Origin: Mytilus californianus
Lineage: Eukaryota
NCBI RefSeq assembly: GCF_021869535.1
Contig: NW_026262671.1
Location: 6,200,001 to 6,264,000 of the forward strand
Length of the DNA stretch: 64,000 nt
Direction of reading: 5' to 3'
Position numbers and translations under genes: made by a program. The notes beneath the pieces are model-generated. The model saw nothing but the letters and a program-made list of their open reading frames with translations, had not been told where the DNA came from and did not search any database. This document shows positions 1 through 11,249 of this stretch, piece after piece. Positions within the stretch are counted from its first letter, which is position 1. Every line of letters begins with the position of its first letter.

Positions 1-215
1 CACTACCTATATTATTATACCCTTTGTTTGATTTGTGTATTTAGTATCGTTTTGATTTGTCCTGACCCTTCCCAAGCACTGATATATATCACGGTCGTTC
101 TAGTAGGTTCGTGTATATCAAGAATCAGTTTTCAGAGTTTGTTGATTATTCCACGTCTCCTTATTTTATATTTATCAGAACACCCATATTAGTCTAAGAC
201 CAACTTTGCATTAGG

Positions 216-556
216 TTGATGATGATGGATGGCTGTTTTAAATGCCTTTAGGGTGAGAAAATGATAATGTGCTGTAGATATGAACCCTACTTTGAACAAG
301 ACTGATACGCTGAACCGAATTTTTTAACATGCTAGTTCACAAGGAAACAGTCCACAGGATGACGTGTCACTGTATCCGATCAAATTCACCTGACTCCTAG
401 CCGATTTATCTTAAGTTTGCTCTTTCGTCTAATGTTTCGTGTATTACGAAGAAGCAACACATACCAATGTTAAAGGCTTTGGTTTGACCAGGCCGGTCAT
501 CAATCCTTTGACCTCTCGCTCTCGAAGCGAATACGCTACAACGAGACATCAATGCG
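216..556 (-). mobile_element. tRNA-derived SINE (MetaSINE-like)
   Basis: Reverse complement of the family at 15004-15260; (GAT)n/(GGAT)n tail at 216-230. Confidence 0.55.
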
Positions 557-689
557 ATTACTTTGCCTAGGGAGTTGCAATCTTAATTTTAGTACAATTA
601 CATATATCATGAAATAGAAACAAAATGCATAATTTAATTCTTGTTCATACCAAAACACTGGTTACTAAGTGACTGGTGCCCTTGTCGAC

Positions 690-965
690 CAATAATAAAC
701 CCCTAGCCATACTGACCCAGTGGTATTAAAAACATATGACGGAGGGACGAAAGATACCAGAGGGACAGTCAAACAAACTCGTAGATCGAAAACAAACTGA
801 CAACGCCATGGCCAAAAATAAAAAGACAAACAGACAAATAATAGTACAGATGACACAACATAGAAAACTAAAGACTAAGCAACACGAACCCCACCAAAAC
901 TGGGGGTGATCTGAGGTGCTCCGGAAGGGTAAGCAGATCCTGCTCCACATGTGGCACCCGTGATG
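690..965 (-). repeat. 3' tail of an abundant RT-element family (relatives ~3380-3635, 20650-20830, 28750-28830, 60985-61035)
   Basis: Shared core GGTGCTCCGGAAGGGTAAG / CTTACCCTTCCGGAG and GTCTTTAGTTTTCTATGTTGTG among copies in the window. Confidence 0.55.
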
Positions 966-1729
966 TTGATTCCATTTCTCTTGAGAAAAAAACTTTCAAC
1001 AGCTTAATAATTTTAAAAGCTTAATACAGAAAATCCTACCCCCACAGATGAAAACCAAAAAGTGTTTCTTTTTAGATTACACAGAAACATCTAATATTGG
1101 TTAATAATATTTTCCAAATGTCAAATTTCTAGTAATGGAATATCCAAAAACACTAGTTCAACATGAATTAATTCAACTGTTGCCAGATAAGAAGTATTTT
1201 GACTGAAACAGGATCATTTTGCACTTCAGGACTCTAATACAACTGACCACAGTTTTCAGTCGATCAATTTGGTGATGTTTGAACATCGATTACTATGGAT
1301 GTGTGAATCAAATAATTTCATGAAGCCAAAAAAAAAATGTATCTATATAAGTCGAATACATGTTTTGATAATAATACTTACATCTGTATGACAATATTCC
1401 CAATATTATCGATGTTAGAACAAATGATCGATAATACTGTTTCCATATTTTTTATAAAAAAATACTACTTTTAACTTCCTCGAATTAATAAATCCTTATA
1501 AACATTTTTCATTTTTTTCTCGACATTGTTTCAAACAATTACCTGATTTTACATGTATTTAATTCATAACAAAAGCCGGAAATCCGAACGGAAGTGTCTC
1601 ATGTTTTCACTCTTTCCGCAATTAATGAATGAAAACAGTTGTATTCTTTTTATATCAATTATACATTATTTTTAAATACTTAATGAGGAATCCCTAAAAT
1701 CCAAATAGAGGCTAATATGCTAAATCAAG

Positions 1730-2125
1730 CAACAGTAAACTTCAACGTTAAAGAACACCAACGGTTGATATGGTCAACCCTTGGACTTTTCCCGTTCCGG
1801 CAGTAAAACCCTGGCTTAAATGGTGAGTCCGTTTGGTTGCGTTGGATGTATAAATACGCAGCCAAGTTCGGTCGTAATGGGGACGTTAAAACTAATGCCT
1901 CTTGGAGAGAGAGGGAGAGAGAGAGAGAGAGTGCCACGCTCTAGTCACGTTGTAACAATTCTTTGAGGGGTTTGTAGGAGGCCTGTTGCAAATTTCTGTC
2001 CCTATCATCCTGGTTGACCCTAGCTACCTTACTGAGCCTACATCGTGTAATGAATTTGTTCTCGCTCTGAAAATTCATGAAATATTTGCCACTATAGATG
2101 TAAAGCAAACAAAAATCAATAAATT
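1730..2125 (+). mobile_element. 5'-truncated SINE-like repeat with internal (GA)n
   Basis: Ends in the CATGAAATATTTGCCACT...AAGCAAAC...AATCAAT tail also seen at ~5350, ~28025, ~29875 and (reversed) ~51975. Confidence 0.45.
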
Positions 2126-2973
2126 AATCAATTAACTATACTAATAAAAGAAGGAAATGCAATGTCTATTTCCTGTGGTTCTCACATGTCCTCGATCAGT
2201 TTCTTTTGAATTACCACGACACAATTATAACGATGTTTTAAATGGTATTTAAAAAAAAAAGACTTTTAACGAAAATAAACTTATAATTTGCTCTTAGGAC
2301 TGGCGACAAAAGTTGAAATTCTGAATTCTTGTTACAGTATTGATAGATAAACCCTCCCCCCTTTACTCCAATGAAAAATGCAACTTACATTTGTATGCCT
2401 ATATTCCTTGTATTATCAATGTTATTAAGAATAGTCGGTATTTCAATGTATCAGATGTTTTTTTTTTATATAATTAAAAGTTCCTGTACATTAACTAGTC
2501 TTTCAAATTATCTTTTCATTGTTTTGTCAACTAAAAACAACTATTTCAGTTACAAAATCCGGAAAAATCCAGACGGAAGGGACTCTGTTATTCACTCTTT
2601 CCTAGTTCAGTCAGTATTATTTACATATCACAGTGTAGGAACGGAAGTGAACAGAATGTTCGAGAATCGTTTTAAACTTCCGTAGCGAGTTGTACAGATA
2701 TGTCCATTACGTGGAGTATAATACGGAAGCCCATAGGGGACCTAAAAAAAATAAATTATATTGTTATCTCAATATATATATATCGTTATTTCGATATAAT
2801 TACATCGTTATCTCGAAATTTATATCGTTATATCGATATAGTTATTTCGTTATCTCGATAAAATTAAATCGTTATCTCGATATTCATATCGTTATCTCGA
2901 TATATTTATATCGTTATCTCGATATATTTATATCGTTATATCGATATATTTATTTCGTTATCTCGATATAGTT

Positions 2974-3170
2974 NNNNNNNNNNNNNNNNNNNNNNNNNNN
3001 NNNNNNNNNNNNNNNNNNNNNNNNNNNNNNNNNNNNNNNNNNNNNNNNNNNNNNNNNNNNNNNNNNNNNNNNNNNNNNNNNNNNNNNNNNNNNNNNNNNN
3101 NNNNNNNNNNNNNNNNNNNNNNNNNNNNNNNNNNNNNNNNNNNNNNNNNNNNNNNNNNNNNNNNNNNNNN
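2974..3170. other. Assembly gap (197 N)
   Basis: Run of N next to a low-complexity subterminal array. Confidence 1.
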
Positions 3171-4012
3171 TTGGTTTTTTTTACGTCTGAGTGTGTTTGT
3201 GTGAGTGAGTGTATATTACTTTGTGCATTGATGGGTGCATTTTTGTGTTGGTATTTGTTTGTGAATGAGTATGTTTGTGCATGTGTATTTGTTCTTTTTG
3301 TGAGTGAAAGCGTGTGGATTTTTAAAGCGATTCGTAGTAAATGGTTACTCTAAAAAGAAGTGTTGATAACCGAGGCGCTATCCAAAATAAGACACACAAG
3401 GACAAACAACAACATATATCATTGAAAACTAAAAACAAATGAGAAACACGGACCCCGAAAAACTGGGGCGACCTCAGGTGCTCCGGAAGGGTAAGTAAGA
3501 CTGCTTCTTGCAAGACACCCGCGGTATTTCTCACGAAAGTCACTTTCGAGAACAAAGGAAAGGTTTCTATGACAACGGTAGAAGGTCTGTTGTCATTTGG
3601 GACACAGACACCTCATAGCGGTCAATCACTTGTCAAAAAACCCACTCTTTTGAAAATACTGTTTTCAGAATTCATTAAACAAAACATCGCAAAGCGGTAA
3701 TAGTAACCCAACTTTGGTATAAAATTTACAGTTTAATGAGCCCATGAGTACTTTTTCGCGAGGATAAAATTCCAGAGTAGCATCAAATTAGATGATTTTT
3801 TGAACAGCTTTAAGCATTGTGATAAAAAATGAAGAATGCGCACAAGTTCAAAGGTCACAGGGAAAAATCAATAGAAAAAAAGTGTAACGTGAAACATCGT
3901 TAAAATTCTCAAAATGGTCCAAAACATGAAATAAACTCAACATCAAAAGAGGCCCGAAAAATGTTGGACTTAGAAATTTTTTGGGGCACTTGGGTGACTT
4001 TTGCCGCAAAAA

Positions 4013-4926
4013 TACGGAAGCCCAGAGGGGACCTACAAAAAAATAATATTATATCGTTATTTAAATATATATATCGTTATTTCGATATAATTAAATCATT
4101 ATCTCGATATATTTATCTCGTTATCTCGATATTTATATCGTTATATCGATATATTTATTTCGTTATCTCGATATAATTATATCGTTATCTCCATATATTT
4201 ATTTCGTTATCTCAATATATATATCGTTATTTCGATATAATTAAATCATTATCTCGATATCTTTATCTCGTTATCTCGATATTTATATCGTTATATCGAT
4301 ATATTTATTTCGTTTTCTCGATATAATTATATCGTTATCTCCACATATTTATTTCGTTTTCTCAATATATATCGTTATTTCGATATAATTAAATCGTTAT
4401 CTCGATATACTTATCTCGTTATCTCGATATTTATATCGTTATATCGAAATATTTATTTCGTTATCTCGATATAATTATATCATTTTCTCGATATAATTAT
4501 GTCGTTATCTCGATATCATTATATAGTTAAGGTGGGGTTATGGCACCTTTTTTCAAATAACTAAAAAACTTCTACAGATATCAAAATCTAGCAGAGAGTA
4601 AAATTGATCAATACATTATGATCTGCCTCTGTCGAAATTTAAGTTTAGGTTGATCGGAAAATTCGTTTCAGAGCTATGGCCCTTTATTTGCAATTTTTCT
4701 CATTTTTTTTTATAATTTTGACAATATTTTTAAAAGCTAGAGCCTTTTTTTATTATTATTATTCCAAAATATTTCCTGTTCACGTTTATCTTAGTCGTCC
4801 AGGAAACAGATTAAGGTTCCCGGTTTACAAAAATGCCATCTATACAGTGGCAATAGAAAGCTAACAAAGTCCATTTTAACCTTTATTTAACATTAAGTTT
4901 TAAATGTCTTAGGCTAGCTTGAACTA

Positions 4927-4960
<34 letters not shown>

Positions 4961-7900
4961 TTAATATACACGAGGTCGTAATAAATGAGATGTAGTAAGA
5001 GAATTAATAAGACAACTCTTTCCTGGAACAAATTGGCGTTATTGTAATAAACAAAATGTACACAGGAAAATATAAATATACTAGTAATGGTTTTGTCGTA
5101 AGGAGTTACTGTAACTGTCAATTGATCCTCCAGTGATTTAGCAAACACTCCCCGATAGTTGTCCGACCTCTTGTATATTACATATATATATACTATTTCA
5201 AGCGTGTCTGGGACCTATATTGAAAATCGACAGTTCTACGCATTTTCGCGTCAGCTACAGATTGATACAAAACTTTAACGACATTACATTTTTGCACCGG
5301 CAATTCGATCGGCTTTCCTGGTCTGTCGCTTTCTTCTTTTCGTCCTGATTATGCATGAAATATTTGCGACTGGACGTTAAGCAAACATCAATCAATGTAA
5401 ACAGAAATTGACATATCAAGCAAGCGGATCAAACTGCCAGCGCAAAAAAAATGTCTAATGTCTTTCAAGGTTTGTCATCCATCTGAAGCGCGCGAAATGA
5501 AGAATGTTCGATTAATCCCCCCAGTGATGTTAGCCGGTGCTGGCTGATAGTTATCCGACCTCGGTAAATAGGTGCAAATTATGAGATGTTTCATAGCATA
5601 ACTTTTATATTATTACATGTAAAATGTCGGTTTATGGCTCGTTTTAAAGAAAATGGAATATACCTTTGAAAATTTTAAGATGTTGATTCAGACAATTTAA
5701 TTGAGGTCTGGAGCTGGCATGTCAGTAACTGCTAGTATTCTTTTGTTAGTTTATGTATCATTGTCATTTTGTTTAGTTTCTTTTGTTACCTATTCGGACA
5801 TCGGACTCGGACTTCTTTTAAACTGTGTTTTACTGTGCGTATTGCTGTGTGTTTGTTTTTTCTACATTGACTAAAGGTATAGGGGGGATTGAGAACCCAC
5901 AAAACATCGTTTAACACCGCCGCATGTTTGCGCCTGTCCCAATACAGGAGCCTCTGGCCTTTGCTAGTCTTGTATGATTTTTAATTTAAGTTTCTATTAT
6001 ACATTTCGGAGTTTAGTTTGACGTCCATTATCACTGAACTAGTATACATTTTTGTTTAGGGGCCAGCTGAAGCACTCCTCCGGGTGCGGGATTTTCTCGC
6101 TGTATTGAAGACACATTGGTGGCTTTCAGTTGTTTTCTGCTCTTTGGTCGGGTTGTTATCTCTTTGACACATTCCCAATTTCCATTCTCAATTTAATTAT
6201 ACATTAATAAAATACAACGAGAAAACGAAGACCATATTCTTGATTTATCGAGTTACTGACCTTGTGTATATTATAAAAAAGAAAAAAATGTTCAAGCAAA
6301 CCTGGGGCCTATAGTTTTCAATAAATAAGCAAAAATATGCGAAAATCTGCAAATTTTGGTATTTTAAGAGAAACAAAATCTGAAAGTTTTGCCCACAAGA
6401 CTCTATTGTAGCTCTTAATGATCTGAACAATTTCCAATTTAAACTAAGGCTCTAGCTTTTAATCTAAAATTTGAATTGAATGGATTTGATTTGATCGATA
6501 AAAACAAATAAGAAACAGTATAATTTTGAAAATTTAGGCGAAATGTATTTCTTACTCTAAAAGAAGCATATAAATATATGCAGTGTTGTATATGTATATA
6601 TATTTTAAAATATACGACGAGGAAAAGTAACATCCGGCCACCGAAAGCTTTATTATTGTAGAGCCTAGGTGGTCGTGTGGTCTAGCGCGTCGGGCATAGT
6701 GCAAGGCGATTTGGTGCCACGATATATTAGGAGCTCGAATCCCGCCGAGGGAAGAACAAAAAAATTGCGAGAGCAAATTTACAGACCTAACGTTGTTAGG
6801 CTGATGTTTAGACGTATTTTAAAATATATAGAGAATATCATATGGCTTTTTCAATATCACATCCGTATCAACCCGAGACAACAATATAATCCCAAGAGCT
6901 CTACTCGAGGGATTATATTGGTTGAGGGTTGATACGGTGTGTGATATTGAAAAAGCCATATCATATACACTTTATTATATACATATACCTCACGTAGATG
7001 TGTTTAATGTGACATGACGTCATACAGATAAGGGGGGTTGAAATGTCGTCATACAGATTAGAGGTTTGATATGACGTCATACAGATTAGGGGTTTGATTA
7101 ACCTTTGCAACAGTGACTGCAATCGATGATGTGACGTCATATAGATTAAAGGTGTGATAAAGCTTTTGCACATGTGCAACCGTGCTGATATCGATATCAT
7201 CACGGGTGGCTGATACAGAACGCTTGCCAATGATTGTATTACACATACAATTTATCTGTATTTACTACTAAGTATATAATAAATATACATATACAACACT
7301 GCATATATTAATATACTTCTTTTAGAGTAAGACATACATTTCGCCTAAATTTTCAAAATTACTTTCTATATTTCCATATCTACTACCAATGAAAGCCTTT
7401 ATATAATTATCATGCTTTTATATTTTTTTGATATTGTATGCGCTTATCATTATGCATAGGGCACTTTGTATTTCTTAATCTCAATGTTAAATAAAGATTG
7501 AAGTGGACTTTGATAGCTTTCTATTGCTCCTGGATAAATGACATTTCTGTAAACAGGAAATACTTTGGAATATTGATGAAAAACTAAAAAAGGCTCCAGC
7601 TTTTACGACTTTCAAGATATTGTCAAAACTAATATGAAGATTTGAAAAAATTGCAAATAAAGGCCCATAGCTCTTTAATAAGTTTTCCGATCAACCTAAA
7701 CTTAAAATTTGGCAGATACAGATCATTATGTACTAATCAATTTTACCCTCTGCTAGAATTTTGATATATGTATAAGTTTTTATATGCAATAACCCCACCC
7801 CACCATAACTATATATCGAGATAAAGATTTAATTATATCGAGATTACGATATAATTATATAGAGATAAAGAAATAAATATATGGAGATAACAATAAAATT

Positions 7901-8600
7901 ATATCGATATAACGATATAAATATTTAAATAACGATATAAATATCGAGATAACGAAATAAATATATGTAGATAACGATATAATTATAGAGAGATAACGAA
8001 ATTAATATATCGATATAACGATATAAATATCGAAATAGAGATAAATATATCGAGATAACGATTTAATTATATCGAAATAACGATATATATATATATATAA
8101 AGATTACGAAATGAATATATGGAGGTAACGATATAATTATATCGAGATAACGAAATAAATATATCGATATAACGATATAAATATCGAGATAACGAGATAA
8201 ATATATCGAGATAACGATTTAATTATATCGAAATTACGATATATATATTGAGATAACGAAATAAATATATGGAGATAACGATATAATTATATCGAGATAA
8301 CGAAATGAATATATCGATATAACGATATAAATATCGAGATAACGAGATAAATATATGGAGATAACGATTTAATTATCTCGAAATAACGATATATATATTG
8401 AGATAACGAAATAAATATATGGAGATAACGATATAATTATATCGAGATAACGAAATAAATATATCGATATAACGATATAAATATCGAGATAACGAGATCA
8501 ATATATCGAGATAACGATTTAATTATATCGAAATAACGATATATATATTGAGATAACGATATAATATTATTTTTGTGTAGGTCCCATCTGGGCTTCCGTA
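4013..8600. mobile_element. IS3EU-type DNA transposon (inner, nested, foldback-like)
   Basis: Termini TACGGAAGCCCAGA.GGGACCTACA at 4013 and reverse complement ending CCGTA at 8600. Flanked by CAAAAA (4007-4012, 8601-8606). Inverted arms about 4013-4905 and 7480-8600. Confidence 0.8.
6661..6815 (+). mobile_element. tRNA-derived SINE
   Basis: A-box-like TGGTCGTGTGG and B-box-like GCTCGAATCCC; does not form a full cloverleaf by eye. Confidence 0.55.
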
Positions 8601-9589
8601 CAAAAAAGTTACCATTATACCGCATTCCCGAAAATAAAACAATCGGGAATGGCCAATTACCACAAAAAAGGGACACATTACCGCAAAAAAAGTTACCGTT
8701 TACCGCTTTCCCCTATACCAGTCGAACGGGAATGGTATTTGATAACTTTTTCAACGCTTTCCCCTAACCCTAACCATAACCCTATCAAGATAAACAAAAT
8801 AAATATCGATATAACGATATAATTATCGATCGATAATTATATCGAGATAATCATATAATTATATCGAGATAACGAAATAAATATATTGAGATAACGATAT
8901 AATTATATCGAGATAACGAAATAAATATATCGAGATAACGATTAAATTATATCGAGATAACGAAAAAATATATCGATATAACAATATAAATATCGAGATA
9001 ACGATTTAATTATATCGAAATAACGATATATATATATTGAGATAACGATATAATATTTTTTTTAGGTCCCCTATGGGCTTCCGTAGTATAAAGCATTTTA
9101 CTAAACCCCATGCCATAACTTGGAAAACATGAAAGAAAGTACGAGTTAGTTTATTGTAATAACAGTTGTCTAGCAAATAGTAGGTTCTAACCAGTAATCT
9201 TAATCCGATTTTCAATGATATTCACACATTTTTTAAAGTTAACCCGTTATCATTAGTGGATTAAAAATGGAAACTTTATTCCTCTTTTGTTCATTCTATT
9301 GTCTGGAAAGTTCGAGGAACTCTTTCATCATAGTTTGTCTCCGATTGTTTGAATTTATGGAGACCGAAATGAAACTTTTTAACCACCTGCTGTTCGTGTT
9401 GACTTTGACTGTTAGAAGGCGAAATATTTAGTAATTTGGACTTTTCTATTTTTGGATGTGAAATTTTATAACCATTTATCTCTAATACAAAGAATCAATT
9501 ATATGAATGGGCTGTGTAGTGGATATCAAATGATTTTTTAACTTTTAACCATGATAACTGAAATGTTGTTTATGAAGCTCAAATGTCTT

Positions 9590-9810
9590 GTAAAAAAAGC
9601 GCAAATGTCCTTTATAAAAAAGCGCAAATGTCCATTTAAAAAAGCGGAAATGTCCATTTAAAAAAGCGCAAATGTCCTATCAAAAAGCGCAAACGTCTCG
9701 CGCCGCGCAAATTTCCTGTAAAAAAAGCGCAAATGTCCTTTATAAAAAAGCGCAAATGTCCATTAAAAAAAGCGAAAATATCCATTTTTAAAAAGCGCAA
9801 ATGTCCCGCG
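9590..9810. repeat. Tandem repeat, ~20-bp unit AAAAAAGCGCAAATGTCC
   Basis: About 9 degenerate copies visible. Confidence 0.8.
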
Positions 9811-10869
9811 CCGTGTTTTACATACCAGTGACAAATTCCTGTTATAAGTATAATTATAAAATATCGACCAGATATATTATAATTAGATTTTTATCGGTAA
9901 ATTATATAATGACAAATTTGACAATTATTAAAAAGGTGTATTGATGGTCATAATACACGTTTATTTTTTAAGTAAAAAAACAATAGGTTATTTGTATTTC
10001 TTATTTATATTTTCAGAATATTTTATATCAAGGAGGTAAAGGTATGTTAAAGGTGTTTCCGACGACTTTTAACCTCCATACGGACAAGCATCCGCTAAAA
10101 TGCTAATATAGAAATTTTGAATCTGTTTAAATAAAAAAAACGCCATTTTGTCGTATACTTTTTGAACTGTATTTGACTTGATATGTGGATTATTTTATGT
10201 ACTGAGTCCCCGATAAACCGAGTGACACCCTTGTTGTCGTGACAACATAAATCTTTACTATATTATGAATACCAATATTTCCGTAAGATGTTCATGTTGA
10301 AATTGTTCTAAGTCTGTCACACGGTGTGAAATTGCATTTAAATCATTTTGTATTGTTGTTTAAGGCTATGCACAAAAATAATGTCAGTGCACCATTTTGA
10401 GTTCGCAGCGATGTTTAATAAGTTGATGTGATAAATATGTTTGGCAGTAAACCAGCCGATTTAATAGTGATCCTATAGTGAAAACAATGTGATTTTGCCA
10501 CGAGTAAAAAATCCTTATAGAATATAAAAGTTTTATTTGAAAACATTTTAAAGTTAAAAAAATCTGTCAGATTTTGGTAAATGGAAAATTTGTATTTGTT
10601 AAAGTCGAGGTAAGGGTTTACACATAGAACCTTAGATATTTGACTTTCACAATTGGTAGCAAGACACATTGTTTAATTATGTATTCTAATCCAAATATAA
10701 AGTAAAATTTATATTTAATCAAACGGTTAAAATACAATGAAAGTTTATGCTCCTGTGGTTCAATATGATCCCTAAAGAGGATTAACGATACAACACACTA
10801 AACTTACAGACAGTTGATATAGTTGTAATAGTATAGAACATAGTAATTATATTGTGTGTTCCACGTAGT

Positions 10870-10951
10870 GAATTACGTGCAAAATAATGTAACTGGTATT
10901 GTTACTGTGAAAACAAGGGAGGAGTTTGGAATACTTTCTCCGCAAATTTAA
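10870..10951 (+). other. Candidate non-coding first exon of EF-hand paralog 1
   Basis: Strong GTAAGT donor at 10952, 278 nt upstream of the acceptor at 11228-29; the 5' end is a guess. Confidence 0.4.
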
Positions 10952-11249
10952 GTAAGTTAATATCTTTTTGTTTTCAAAAATAATTGAAGAATCTTTCCGA
11001 TAAACTGGATAATTGATTTTTCGGTGAATTTATTCCATCGCAAGACTTTTAATTTATAATTAGAGAAATGATTACCCAAAGTTTACAGCAATGGCAAGTT
11101 TATGCTTTCATCATGCTAATTTCTACAAATCCAGGAATTAAATATTATATATCAAGCGTAGTGCTGTGCATGTTTAACAATTAGATATGAATATCGCCTA
11201 AATATAATTTCATTTTCCTCCTTTTGTAGCGATTTGACTGAAAAACAGA

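Larger units (their letters stand above)
2722..9085. mobile_element. IS3EU-type DNA transposon (outer, non-autonomous)
   Basis: Termini TACGGAAGCCCATAGGGGACCTAAA (2722) and its reverse complement ending CCGTA (9085). Flanked by identical 6-bp GTATAA (2716-2721, 9086-9091). Subterminal TATCGTTATCTCGA-type arrays in opposite orientation. TAY..RTA termini plus a 6-bp TSD is the IS3EU signature. Confidence 0.8.

Noticed and set aside
2690-2971. Tyr/Ile/Arg-rich ORFs (also 3961-4176, 8437-8676, 9006-9215)
   Set aside because: Translations of the TATCGTTATCTCGA subterminal arrays.
6661-6760. Possible tRNA genes (also ~15004 and ~17400)
   Set aside because: Only A/B boxes survive, no cloverleaf forms by eye, and each continues into SINE body and tail sequence.
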